DNA from: Octopus vulgaris | Taxonomy: Eukaryota | Direction of reading: 5' to 3' | DNA: 64,000 nt | Assembly: GCA_951406725.2 (NCBI GenBank) | Contig: OX597815.1 | Location: 74,276,001-74,340,000 of the forward strand | Shown here: piece after piece, positions 39,022-52,227 of the stretch | Numbering within the stretch: the stretch's first letter is position 1 | Layout of the letters: each line of letters opens with the position of its first letter | Position numbers and translations under genes: made by a program | Notes under the pieces: model-generated | Told to the model about the DNA's origin: nothing | Databases searched by the model: none | What the model saw: the letters and a program-made list of their open reading frames with translations, nothing else

Positions 39022-41970
39022 TGTGTGTGTGTGTATTTATATACACACACACACATACATACATACAGAAAATCTTAGCATTCTTATGATGAACTTTCAT
39101 ATAACAATCATTTTATATATTTTACATACTGAGATACTTGATATACTAAAATACACTTCTAAAATACTTGAAACATAGATGTTGTTCCACTGCTGCTAAA
39201 ATTTCATCACAGCTGCAACCTGTTCACTAACACAGTTGTGCAGCAAAAAATTTGACCTTCCATGCAAATAAATATAAATTTAAAGTGAATTTAAAAGTTT
39301 TACATGTTATTAAATGCCTCTTCCACCATGCAGTTGCTTCAGTTTCAATTGTGAGTTACTTGGTCCATTAGAACACAAATCTCTTATCAGAAATATAAAG
39401 AACAAAATACAACATGATTTTTCACTCAAGTCACCTAATCTTTGGTATATATTTTGGTCAGATCATCTATGCTTAATCTCTTCAGTGTCTCTAATACATC
39501 AATGAGGATCTAAGTCATACAAGGACAAGACATACAAAGCCTACTCACATATTTTTTAATATCACTCAACAGCATTTATCAAAGTTGATACCATAGTTAT
39601 CAAGTTTAGCTAGTATGACAAATGAAACTATTTGCTCTATCATGTGTAATGACATTGAAAATGCTCATACACAAACAATTCATCTCCCTTTGATCTTTTG
39701 TAGTGGTTGAACTCTGATTTCATTTATATTCCTTTGAATAAGCCAAAGTTGTTATAAGATTTTCGTTATTAAGTAACTGCTGACTATTCACACCTTTAAT
39801 TATATGACATGTATGAATATAGTAAAATACCCTATAGGTTATGGATGATTGTAAAACTCAAATGTTTGCAAAAAAATTTCTTCTCTATTCAGTCTTTTTC
39901 CATAATCTGTGTGTGTGTGTACTAGTTTAATTGCATTCCTATGGCCATGAATATAAAGTTGTCTTCTTACTATTAGTAAATTCACAATGAATCAAACACA
40001 CAGTGATAGCTGGCATTCCCATCACAAAATACATGATTTTGATTGGTACATATTTTTTTACTTTCGTGAGCAGAGGTATAGAAAGGAGAAAATCTATTTC
40101 TATTTCCATAGCAATAATAATTAAAATTCAACTGTAGAATCATTTTTAATCTTTTTCTTATTTAACCCCAATCACATATACGTATCTGAAAAGACTTATC
40201 TTTTCCTTTCTTGTATGATTTTGGGGGGTTTTCTTTTGTAATTTATGCTTGTGGAGTTTTACACTAAAAAGATCTTGTGGTGACTTTCCTTTTATGAACA
40301 GTCTATTTTTAGACCAAGCCTCTGTTATATATTCACATGATATATAAATTATATCTTATATACTATACTGCATTCATTTTGTGGTTTTGTAGAAAAAGTT
40401 CTCAGGATTTTGAAATGAAATGATGCTTAAGAGCTGTCTTATTGTCACAAATGGATGTCCATAAAATAAATTCTTGGTAGCCACTAAATAACCTTTTAAA
40501 ATGAGTGTCTGTGCAAAACAATGTGGATTAAAATTAGTCTTTCTCTTTGTTTTATTTTAAAGTAAATTATTAAATTGTCATAGTTTAATGATGCAGCATA
40601 AGCATTAAACAGTATCTAGTTGTGAGGCTCCATCTTGAGTGTTCAGGGCTTTGAGGAGTATGGAGTTAGCCCTTAGTCACCAGTTAGGACCCCAGATATG
40701 GATCAAATAGCAAAAGATAGTCCTGTGGTTAAGGCATGTAGGACTCAGAGGAGGGTTGGCCACCTAAACATTCGTCACATTGGTCCATTGGTTTAGGGAC
40801 ATGATTTGATGACCCATAAATGAGTTCCCTGCCTTAAAGGTTAAATAGGCCTTGTGCTTCAAGGATAAGCTTAGGGTTGTAGGGGACTGGCAGAGTAAAC
40901 TGTAAGTAAATCAGTAGAAAGCAACAAGAAGCCACTTCTCTTTTTTAACCAAGGAAATTCATAAATCTTCAGACTTTGGCATGGACATCTATGATTGCCA
41001 ATACCTGCCAGCTTGACACATGAAAAGAGAAGGAGATAAAAAAAGAGGCTTGAGCATCAATGAACAAGATTCTCTTACTCTAATCTGAATTTGTTTGATA
41101 TTTACTGCTTGGATTAGTTAAGCAACTTCTTCTCACAGCCTGCCTGTGTTAGAATAATAAAAATTGTAAGGCCCTCTAAATTATATCATTTCCTTACACA
41201 CTACATATTCATGCACAAAGTTATTAGATCATGCTTTACTAATGCTTCCCACCCATGCGATCAGCTTGGCAGTTAAAACAGGTAGTGTTTGCTCATGTTT
41301 AAAGTATAATATATAAAATAAGTTTTGAGGGGATTTAAATATGATCTAGTCAGCTTTGAAATAATGCTACTATTGCAGAGATATGTTGCCTTAGATTTAT
41401 AGGGGAAAGGTATTGGCTAGCTGTTTTGAGAAGTTCACTTCCTGACCACATAGTTTCAAGTAATATTCTGATTGTGTGGCACTTTGGGCAGGTATTCTAC
41501 AATAGCCCCAGGTCAATCAAATTCTTGTGGATTTGGTAGAGAGAAACTGAAAATGCCTATTGTGTGTGTGTGTGTATGCATGCATGCATGTATCTCCTTG
41601 TCTTGCTGTTACATGATAGTCGAGAGTCACTGTAATGTAAATGTTGTCCTTCATTTCCAATCTTGTATGTAAGCATGTCATGTTGTGGGAAAAGATTGCC
41701 TTAGTTGGAATCGGATGATGTGACAAAAAGAGCATCTGGCTACTAAAAATTTGTCTCAATGTATTCTGTCTGACCCATGCATGCATAGCTTATCTACTGG
41801 GAAGTGAAAATGTGGGAAAGCAAGTGAGTGTAGCAGTGCTTCTGTTTATGAATCAGGAAGATCAATGATGTAAGTGATAAGCTTAAAAAACAATGTGACA
41901 GCAATCTATTGTAAACCTCTGTGTGTGTGTGCATGTGTGCACATATGTACACACGTGTCTGCATATTTAA

Positions 41971-42647
41971 CCCTTTTATTAGTATTTCTGTTGAAATATA
42001 CTGCTTTTGTTTTGATTAATTTTGAAAATAGCTAAAGGAATTTAGTGAAGTATGTTTGTCATTATTAATCTGGTGTTTAACACTTTAACATTCAAATTAC
42101 TCTCAAGTGTAATGTTTACTCCAGTTTTCTAAAAATAAAAATTAATCATACATTATGTCATAGCTTTGAGGTATCGATATGTTTGTTTATTTTTAGAATG
42201 ACCTTGTAGGGTAAGTGTGAGCGACTGGATCTGGCCAGTTTGAAAGTAAACCAGATAGAATCTTTGGGCCAGATATGGCCAGTTTAAATGCTAAATGGTT
42301 AAGGCAGCAAGCTGGCAGAATCATTAGCATGCCAGACAAAATGCTTGGCAGCATTTTGTTTGTCTTTATGTTCAGAGTTCAAATTCTGCTGAGGTCAACT
42401 TTGCCTTTCATGCATTCAGAATTGATGAAATAATTACCAGTGAAGTACTGGGGATCAATGTAATTGACTTTCCCTATCTTCAGAATCTGCTGGCCCTGTG
42501 CCCAAATTTGTAAGCATTATTAATCTGGTGTTTAGAACATAAATTGGCATGAAATTTTGATGGTAACATTTAATTTCCATCATTTGAAAATGAGAAGCTT
42601 GTATCATGGAACCTAGAGCAGTCTCAGATGGTTTGGTACTAAAAGGT
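41971..42647 (+). mobile_element. Nested piggyBac-like MITE A containing MITE B (42081-42298) and a MetaSINE (42301-42514)
   Basis: TTAA junctions; 20-bp direct repeat cattattaatctggtgttta at 42060-42079 and 42515-42534. Confidence 0.8.
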
Positions 42648-44227
42648 TTAAAATATAATTGAAACAAATTGCAAGCAGTCATCATTAAGTACTGTTTTGT
42701 GATGTCTTATTATTATCAGAGTAACATTTACTAAAAATGAATTTACTTTATTTTTTTATCTTCAGCATTTTTGAGAATGGGAAGGTTCTTTTAAATTTAT
42801 ATATTTAAATAGGAACGTGTCTTCTACTACTTGCTTGGGATGACCAAAGCCTTGCAAATGAATTTTGTCAGAGGAAATTGAAAGAAGTCCATCTTATACG
42901 TGCAAGCGCAGGTGTGTGTTTGTGAAGGTGCATGGCCTAGCAACTAGGGTGTTGGAAATGAATGCTATTCATTTCCAATATTCTGCACAAACATGTCTGG
43001 CCATGGGGAAATGATGTCTTGCTCATAAACATTTGAAGATTGGAGACAAGAAGGGTATCCAGCTGTAGAAAATCTGTCTCGGTAAACTCCATCTGACCCA
43101 TGAAAGCATGGAAAAGTGGATGTAAAAATGATGGTGATAATGTTTAAATTCCTGGAAAAAAATAACTTTATGATATCAAGAGCAAGATTCAAAATTGTGA
43201 CTAACAGTGTAATATCTAAGATTTCATATCGACTAGGGTAACAAATACTGTTTTAATTTTTACCTTCTATCTCTTTTGTTTCCATCCCAACTCTTTTTGA
43301 AATTTCATTCCATCCTCTTCATGATTCTTTTGCCATTCTCAAATTACCCATTTCTTTTAATAAGTAACGTTCTGTTAACTGTTCAGTAGCTTGTACATTG
43401 GTACGTTACTGAAGATGCCACCTTTTATGCGATTCAAAGAGGGAGTGAATATAAGTGTTTTCCTAAAAAAAAAGTATCAACCCATAGTGTAGCTTTCATG
43501 GCTTAACATTGCTTTCATGAAGCGAATGAAACTGATTTCTCCCTGATTAAAATACCAAGCTTTCACAGGTAACAATCATTCGAAGATGATCTGGTATACC
43601 TGTGTAACCACTGCACTGTGTCCTACTTCATGAAACCACTATTAGACAATGTCATAAAATGAACAAAAACAGAATTTTTCTACTCATTATAAAGCAGTGT
43701 GTGTGTCTGTGTTTGTGTCTGACTGTCTGTCTGTGTGCGTGTGCATTGTTCATTGTAATAATATGTCCATTGTAATAATAGGCATCATAACAAATGTTTT
43801 TCTGTGAAGAAATAACCAAGGAGTGTTCTCTAGCTTGTTTCTTTCTTTCTCTATGTGAAAGTTTAATCTGGTTTTTCTAAGATGTGTGGGAAAGGTCTTG
43901 CTTTGTCTACTTCAATTGTATTTTAAGTCAGCAAAGTTAGAAAATAATCCCCCCTCCAAAAAACAAAAACAATAATAACAGTAAAAAAATAACCTTTCTT
44001 TCAATTTGTCAACAAAAGTTTTTATCAAAAACGAAAACAATCAAAATAATTCTAGTTTTGGTTCTGGAAAATTTGGCTTTTTTATGTTGTTTACAGTAAA
44101 TGGCTACAACAATGAAGTGTCTCTAAAGAGTCATATTTTCAGTATTATTGTTGCTTTGCTGTTATTTTCCTCCCTTCAGATATAATTACAAGTGAACTGA
44201 AAATTGACAACTTATTTTCTTTTTCAG

Positions 44228-44281
44228 TGATAGTGGTCACAGCATGATTGAGTCACCTGTGGTATCAGTGGTTGCATCTAG
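44228..44281 (+). CDS. FAM13A: FAM13-like exon 7 (SDSGHSMIESPVVSVVAS)
   Basis: ttttcag acceptor, AG|gtaagt donor, 54 nt, phase 2-2. Confidence 0.8.
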
Positions 44282-44759
44282 GTAAGTTAACTGAACCTTT
44301 TTTTTTTTTTTTAGTAAAATTGATAGATGCCAATACAGGTGTCTGCTCAAGCAGCTCACTTCCCAACCATATGATTTTGGGTTTGGAACCACTGTGTGGT
44401 GCCTTGGACATCTTGACAGTAAATTGTTGTTGTGCTTAAAGATTAACATATAATTTGATATATTTTTTCTGTATCTGCTTGGCATGTAGTTGGGATTTTT
44501 AAAAATATAATTTAATCTTAATCACATCATAGAGTAGCTGGGGCTATTTAGTTTTGTTAGGTAGGGGAAAAACTGTCTAGTGCTGGTGACACAAAATGTA
44601 AGAATTTCATGCTGTAAAGTGTTTGGCTAACAGGAAGAAGGGCATCTTGCTGGAGAAAAAACCCCACCAAAAATAACATGACATACACAGCAGCAGAGCT
44701 GTCTTTTCTCTTGCACACCACATCTGATTCCTATTATACCTGACATTTTTTTTTCTCTC

Positions 44760-45010
44760 AGCTCATTTGTGCTTCATCATAAATTTACACATCATGCATC
44801 CAACAAAGCCTCTACCTATCCTTTGCATTCGTTGCCCAAGTTTCACAGTTGTGCAATATTGCATTTCACACACAAGCATCATATACATACAGATAAAGAA
44901 TTCCCTTATTGCCAGCTGGGTAATTTTCTCCCTTAACTTTTCCTCTATGTCATTCTTGCCTCCACTATTGATTAGGTCCCCTGTCAACTATTTCAAAGGA
45001 ACTTTCTAGT
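44760..45010 (-). mobile_element. RTE-clade LINE fragment
   Basis: Minus strand YDACV*NAILHNCETWA resembles the RTE Y..CV...LYGSETW motif. Confidence 0.6.
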
Positions 45011-46430
45011 TATTTGAAGGAGTTTCTCATGCATGTTTTTATTGTTAACTACTCTTTTGTGTCTACTAAATATAAAGCCCTTCTTTGTCAGCCTCCTTGT
45101 AACCCCACTAAATGTCTGCTGTATACCTATAATTTACATTGGATACAAAACGTAAAATTGTTATTTATTTTGTGTTTGCATATTGAGCAAGGCTATTTCC
45201 AGGTGACATTGTGTCCTGCCTTCTTTGTTGCAAACTAGAACATTTCTCTTTGCTAGGTTTACTTTTAATTTTAGGTGTTGCACTCACATTTTAAATTCTT
45301 TCCCTAATTATTGACTGATTCAGCTATAAAAATTATTAAGGTCAATAGCCACAGGAGTTCCTAAGGATAGTCAGTCTTAAAACCCTCTGTTGTGATCTGA
45401 AGAGCTAAGACAAAAAGTGATGGTGTGGGGGGGTGTCTAGGAACTCATTAACTTTTGTGCTAAATCCATGCTAAATATAGGAATCCATCTCTCTACCATT
45501 TCCATCGCTTCACCATCTTTAACCCTCACTGCATGGAAACCAAGTATATACAGTACTGTGTAAGTGCACTTCAGATACAAGAATCAAGTTAACTTGTTTT
45601 TGATAGTGGAGTACTTTTGCAGAATTATCTACATTTTATATCATGTAGTATGCACATTCTATTTTCACTAGCCAATAGGAAGTGGTTGCAGGAACTGATT
45701 TGCATATGATTAGTATATTACATCACCAACAGAAATTTAATTAGTGCAGTGAGTAAAAAATGATTTCTAACGTAGCACAGGGCCAGAAATATGATGAAAG
45801 GTATAAAGTTGATTATAATAGTACTTGACTGCTATTATTTTACCATCTCTGGAATCCCAAGATCAACTCTACAAAGAGTTGATCTTGGTGGGATTAGTGT
45901 TTGGCATTAGGAAGGGTATCTAACTGTAGAAACCAAGCCGAATGACATGTATGAGCTGCTAGTCTTTGGGAGCTGTAGCTCCTAGTGGGAAGCAACCTGG
46001 ACTTTGTTGGTCTCTCCAACCCATGCCAGCATGGAAAGTGGATATAAAGTGATAATGATGATTATTGTGATGTAAAGTAGGACAACAAAATATCCCAAGG
46101 CATTTTGTCCAGTATTCTACTGATTCTGCCATTTATTAATAACAACAACAACAATCTTTTCTACTATAGGCACAAAGCTTGAAACATTTCGGAGAGGGAG
46201 TAGTTGATTAGAGTGACCCCAGTGTTCAGCTAGTACTTATTTCATTGACCCTGAAAGGATGAATGTTGATCTTGGTGGAATTTGAACTCTGACTGAGTCA
46301 GAATAAATTCAACTAAGCATTTTTTCTGATGTGCTAACGATATTGCCAGCTCACTGCTTTCTAATAATAATAATAATTTCAAGGTTTGGCACAAGACCAA
46401 CAATTTCAGGGGAGGGTGTAGGTCGATTAC

Positions 46431-46715
46431 AATTGCAAGAATTTGAAGTATGAAAACTGAAGGTTTTGCCTGTAATAATTGGTGCATTGGGAACTGTGAG
46501 TAAAGACAAATGGTTTAAGGAGGTTGAAATAGAATGTCTTGCTGAGCTTCTACAGAAAGTTTGCCTCTAAGGGACAAGAAAGATTATCAGGTGGGTTTTA
46601 AGCACTTGAAAGACTATTGAAAGGTTGCAGAAACCTAAGGTTACAGGTAGTAACCCACTACCTACATAAATTTTATTAGGAATAAGAACAAACCTGAGTC
46701 AAATCAACAACAACA
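46431..46715 (+). mobile_element. Dong/R4-clade non-LTR retrotransposon 3' fragment
   Basis: Translates LKVLPVIIGALGTVSK...AELLQKVCL*GTRKIIRWVLST*, then a short 3' UTR and (caa)n. Confidence 0.8.
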
Positions 46716-47009
46716 GGTGTCGGAGAAACTCAGCAAGAAATGGAAACTAAAGTGAAAGAAAAAGCACAATAATAATAATAATAATGGTTTCAAATTTTGC
46801 CATAGGGGCAGCAATTTTGAGGGAAGAGATTAGTCAATTACAACAACCCCAGTGTTCAAATGGCACTGATTTTATCAACTTCGGAAGGATGAAAGGCAAA
46901 GTCGACTTTGGTGGAATTTGAATTTGGAATGTGAAGACAGACAAAATGCCACTAAGCATTTTGCCTGGCATGGTAACAATTCTGCCAGCTCACTGCCTTG
47001 ATAATAATA

Positions 47010-47171
47010 AGATCAAAAACAAATCAGCATTGCTTGGAACTGCAAGAATTCTTTGCAGGGTTCTTGAAGCATGACCAGTAAGCAAGTGTCACATTAGTCT
47101 GTTTGCTGTGGACAGCTGACACTTTCCTTCATAGCCATCAAAATAAGCTGAGATTTTTCATCAAATAATAA
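47010..47171 (+). mobile_element. Second Dong/R4-type 3' end fragment
   Basis: KSALLGTARILCRVLEA* with a different 3' UTR, flanked by aat repeats. Confidence 0.7.
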
Positions 47172-47399
47172 CTTAGAACTGTTGTCACCATCATGTCTGT
47201 TTTTTCTGTATGTGCATGGGTTTGCAGGATCTGTAAGTAGAAACAATGACATTCTATTTTGAACTAAAAAATTCTTTAAACTTTAAGAATTCCTATTCAT
47301 TCCAGTAGCATATTGTCCATCATTGATAGGTACAATTTCTGTTTATATGAAAAAAAAAATATTTATAGTAGTAGTAGTAGAGAAGGCAGAAAGAGAAAG

Positions 47400-47720
47400 A
47401 CAGCACACCTGTTGGCCAGAAGCAGGGATCTGTCTGTGAGTGACTTTATGTCAGTTAGTTAGGTAACCCCTTTTGAGTTGTGGTTTAGAATGTGTGTGAA
47501 TACAGCAGCAGCACCATCCCATATATAATAGCAATGTTCCATTATGAGTGCCACCAGAGTTTTGTAGAGTGCCAATAGTTATTGGAGTGGGGTTATGAAG
47601 TATCTTTTGACCCTGCAGAGAAGGGTGTCATTAGGATGCAGTTTTAACTATGTTAAGGATGTGCTTTCACCACAAGGGATCCTCTCTAATAGCAGGACCC
47701 AACATTTGGAGTGACTGTAT
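47400..47720 (-). mobile_element. CR1-like LINE ORF2 C-terminal fragment
   Basis: Minus strand LCRVKRYFITPLQ*LLALYKTLVALIMEHCYYIWDGA resembles LYKxLVRPxMEYCxxIW. Confidence 0.7.
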
Positions 47721-47898
47721 ATTTAGAAAATTTCGAATGCATTTTTTTTTCCATTTGCTCTGCAAACCCCACAAATGCCTTATTTCATATATAACCCCCT
47801 AAAACAGGAGCAACATACCTTTCAAGAAAACTGGTTTCGATTAATTAAAATTAGGTATTCAATTTTTTTCTTATATCTCCAATTTTTATCTTTTCCAG

Positions 47899-47981
47899 CA
47901 TTGTGGAGAAAACTATCAGAGAAGCTATTGTAGAACATGTTTTTGGAGGTTATCAGACTGGAGATATGAAGCAAGAGAGAA
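47899..47981 (+). CDS. FAM13A: FAM13-like exon 8 (SIVEKTIREAIVEHVFGGYQTGDMKQER)
   Basis: ttttccag acceptor, gtacgt donor, 83 nt, phase 2-1; resembles the FAM13 helix ERTIRxAVEQHLF (recalled). Confidence 0.85.
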
Positions 47982-48089
47982 GTACGTTTATATTTCCTTT
48001 ACACTATTTCATAATTTTCTTTTTTTCACACTGGGTCTTACACTTTCAGATAATATCAAGAATTTGCTTTCTGCATCTGTAGTCATTAA

Positions 48090-48310
48090 CCCTTTGGCAT
48101 TCACATTATTCTGTCAAAAGTAATACGTATTTCTTCACATTCTTTTGTAGTAATCATGTATTATCTTGTAGCTATGAGATTTTGATGAGGCAACTGTTGA
48201 TTTTTCAGAATGATATTGTAGGGTAGGTGTGAGAAACCAGATTTGGCCATTTGGAATATAAAACAGGTAGAATATTTTGGCTGAATATGGCCAGTTTAAA
48301 TGCTAAAGGG
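48090..48310 (+). mobile_element. piggyBac-like MITE family B, best-preserved copy
   Basis: TTAA|ccctttggcatt ... aatgctaaaggg|TTAA; others at 57482-58032(-, interrupted by a SINE) and about 62463-62640. Confidence 0.85.
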
Positions 48311-51300
48311 TTAAAAAGCTGCATTCTAAACATCCTCAGATGAGTTCAAGGGGGAAGAAAAACAACAAAAAACAAAGCAGTTTTATCTTTAATCTTTTGC
48401 TTGTATGAGTCATTGGACTGCAACCATGCTGAGGTGCTTCCTTGAAGAGTTTTAGTCAAACAAATTAACCCCAGTACTCATTTTTAATTCTAGTACTTAT
48501 TCTATTGGTCTCTATTGCTGAATCACTAAGCTACAGGGATGTAAACAAACCAACAATAGTTAAGTGGTGTGGGGGGAGGAGGTGACAAACACAGGCACAC
48601 ATAAACACACATACACTCATAAACATAAACACACAAGCACTGGGCTTCCATACAGTTTCCATTTTCCAAGTTTGCTTACAAGGCTTTGGTCAACCCAGGG
48701 CTTTAGCAGATGATTGCCCAAGGAGCTGTGCAGTGAGACTGAACCTGAAACGACATGATTGCAAAATGAGCTTTTTAACCACACAGCCATGCCTGTGCTG
48801 GTAGTAACTATTTAAACATCTGGATATTTGTAATTAACATTTGTGGAGAAAAGTTGTTTGACAGACTGGAAAAAAACCCCTTTAAGATTGTCTTCAATAT
48901 TTCATGAGTACATCTATAGCCACAATGACATTTCATTGTGTGAGTAGGATATCTTAACATAGATTTTTAAATATTAAATTGTCTGAGATTTATATGTTGG
49001 TTTATAAAAGGAGAATCCTTGTCATTATGCTTGCATGGTTCAGGTGAAAATTCTTTCTGCTGCTCTCCCTCACCGGTTTCCAAACAAAATAATATTTATC
49101 TCGGGCTTCACATGTTTTCATGGCAGAGTGGGAATGGACACTGCTTGTTTGACAGTGATACTCATTTACAACTATTGCTGGATGCCAGGACAAGAAGACA
49201 TAAACACACACACACACACACACACACACATGATGTCAAGACAACGAAACAAACACACACAGCACCTGCCTGTGTGTGTGTGTGTGTGAATTTACATAAC
49301 AGGCTTTTTTCAGTTTCCACTTACAAGGCTTTGGTCAGCTGAGGGCTATAGTAGAAGATTGTTGCACAAGGTACCACACAGTGGGACTGAGCCTAAACTT
49401 GTGGAACTGAAAGCAAATTTCTTTGCTACACAGTTATGTCTGCAACACCTAATTGACTTATACAAAGTCTCTCATGTGTTGAATGCAAAGCTTTAAACAA
49501 TGAATATATTTGAATATATAATGAGCTAATAAGATAGAACAAGATAAAAGGATTGTATTGTTGTTTGAAGGAAAAAAATATAGAAGGAAAGAGCATAAAA
49601 AGACTAATATGGTGTCCACCTTAGTTGATGGTAACTAAAGCCAAGATGAAAGAATACTGAGAGAATCGGGACAAGTTGAAAGAAAGCTAATTACTCTAAA
49701 AACATAACGACATGGAGAAATAGACCAAACATATTGATGATATCAATGAATTTTTGCAAAGTTATTACTTAGAAAAACAGTTGGTTGTTTGCCAGTGTTT
49801 TTCTTTTAGATTTGTATTTGGTCATTTTAGAATCAACTACCACACCAAAACTATTTGTTTGTTTTTCTGATAATATTCCTTTGTTTATTGTGAAGGTTAA
49901 TTTTCGTAATTCCTCCAGAACAAGTTTCAATAATGGTATTTGTCTGTTGTGTTAGGATAGTTAGAATTAACTATTTCTCTTGGACCAACTTTTTTTTTTG
50001 TTTAAATTTGTTTCTCTTGGAATAAATCCAGATAAATCTAATGTACTTAACACAATTTTACTTTGCCATGGAATGTTAATCTGTTGCCAAATTGTTGTTC
50101 AATTTCTTTCATGATATAACTTGTTTATCTGTTTATAACAATAACAATGAACTGCTGACTATATATTTTTCTTTTACCTGGCTGTCAACAAAGTGTGTAT
50201 GTGTGTGTGTGTGTGTGTGGCTGTGTGGTTAAAGAAGTTTGTTTATCAACTATGTTATCTTGGGTTCAGTTCCACTGCACAAGTATCTTCTTTTATAGTT
50301 CTGGGTCAACAAAAGCCTTCTGAGTGAGTTTAGTGAATGGAAGAAGCCCATCATATATACATATGTGTGTGCATATATTTGCATGTATTCTTGTCTAGAC
50401 ATCATGTGGTGGTTGTAAATGAGCCTCATCAGCATATGAGCAAAGTTGTTTTGGGTTCCAGTCTTCTGTGAAAACTTGTGTAGCTATAGGAAAATATCAT
50501 CTTGCTTGGAAACAGGTGAAGATTGGCAACAAGAAGGGCATCAAGCCATAGGATATCAGCATGGAGAAGTGAATTAAATGATGATGATGGCAATTTTATA
50601 TGTGTGTGTGTATGTGTGTATGTATATATATATTATATATGTATGTATATTTATATGTATATGTATATATGTGTGTGTATGTATATGTCTGTGTGTGTGT
50701 GTGTATATATATATATGTATATCGTTTAGCATCGGCTTTCATGCTAGCATATGTATATATATTGTCATATAAACCGTGTTTGATTGTGGAAGGATTATTT
50801 TGACAGTCTTAATATTCATCTGTTCAATTCACTATCCTGTTTGATTTTAGTGTTTTCAAGTTGTTCTTTTGGTAGTAGTAGTGTCCATTGGTATAATGAA
50901 TTTTGATTGGTGCACAATAAAACCTGTTGCACAAGATTTATTGCAAAGATATTTTTTCTTGAGCCACTTAGAGTCTTTTTTTTATATGGAGAGGGTTTAT
51001 CTCTCAAATGCTTATTCCCACAGAAACTACTACCAGCATTGACCTCCATCATCCTCCCCACCATTGTTCACAAAGGATTAATATTTGGGGTGGGGGTTAA
51101 ACTGATATTCTGCATATAGTTTGTAGCTATTGATCTGTAATTCTTGATGAGAATCAGCTGGGGAGGTAATCACCATCATCACTATTTAATGTCTGGCTTC
51201 CATGCTGGCATGGGTTGCAGACATGCTTTAGTGTCTACTTTGGTGTGATTTCTATGGTTGATCACCCTTTCTAATCTCACCTATTTTACAGCATGTACTG

Positions 51301-51483
51301 GTTGCTTTTTTCTATGGCATCAGCACTAGTGTAACTTGCAAGGCTAAGGCTGTAAAATAACCCTTATAACTGAAGGAAAACAGAAAAGAGAGAGGATGAA
51401 TTTAGAAGTATCTTGTCTTTGTGATTTCCTGTTTGAATGTTTTTTTTCTTCTGTGATAGGCTAAGTTTAGAAAAGTCTGCTTA

Positions 51484-52132
51484 GGCATAAGCGTGGCTGT
51501 GTGGTAAGAAGCTTGCTTTCCAATTACATGGTTCCGGATCCAGTCTCCCTGTGTGACGCCTTGGGCAAGTGTCTTCTACTATAGCCTTGACCTGACCACA
51601 GCCTTGTGAGTGGATTTGGTAGAAAGAAACTGAAAGAAGCCTGTTGTATATATATATATTTCTTTATTACCCACAAGGGGCTAAACATAGAGGGGACAAA
51701 CAAGGACAGACAAAGGTATTAAATCGATTACACCGACCCCAATGCGTAACTGGTACTTAATTTATCTACCCCGAAAGGATGAAAGGCAAAGTCGACCTTG
51801 GCGGAATTTGAACTCACAACGTAACGGCAGACGAAATACCACTAAGCATTTCACCCGACGTGCTAACGTTTCTGCCTGCTCGCCGCCTTTTATATATATA
51901 TATATATATGCACATACATATATGTATGTGTGTGTGTTTGTGCCTGTATGTCCCTCCACCATCGCTTGACAACTAGTGTAGGTGTGCTTATGTCCCTGTA
52001 ACTTAGTGGTTTGGAAAAAGAGGCCAATAAAATAAGTGTTAGGCTTGAAAAAAAAAAAAAAAAGCCCTGTGGTCAATTTCTTCAACTAAAACTCTTCATG
52101 GCCACAGTCAGATGACTGAAACAAGTAAAAGA
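51484..52132 (+). mobile_element. SINE family 1 with a MetaSINE (51659-51888, minus strand) inserted in its internal (TA)n
   Basis: Family 1 head and tail separated by a CpG-retaining family 2 copy flanked by TA repeats. Confidence 0.8.
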
Positions 52133-52195
52133 ATAGTTTCAAACAGATTGTGGTCATAAGTTACATCATTTCTTTGGTTTTGTTATCTAAGTCTT

Positions 52196-52227
<32 letters not shown>

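Noticed and set aside
50880-51140. Possible Tc1 transposase remnant on the minus strand (PTPNINPL)
   Set aside because: Single weak motif, no TIRs, too decayed to support
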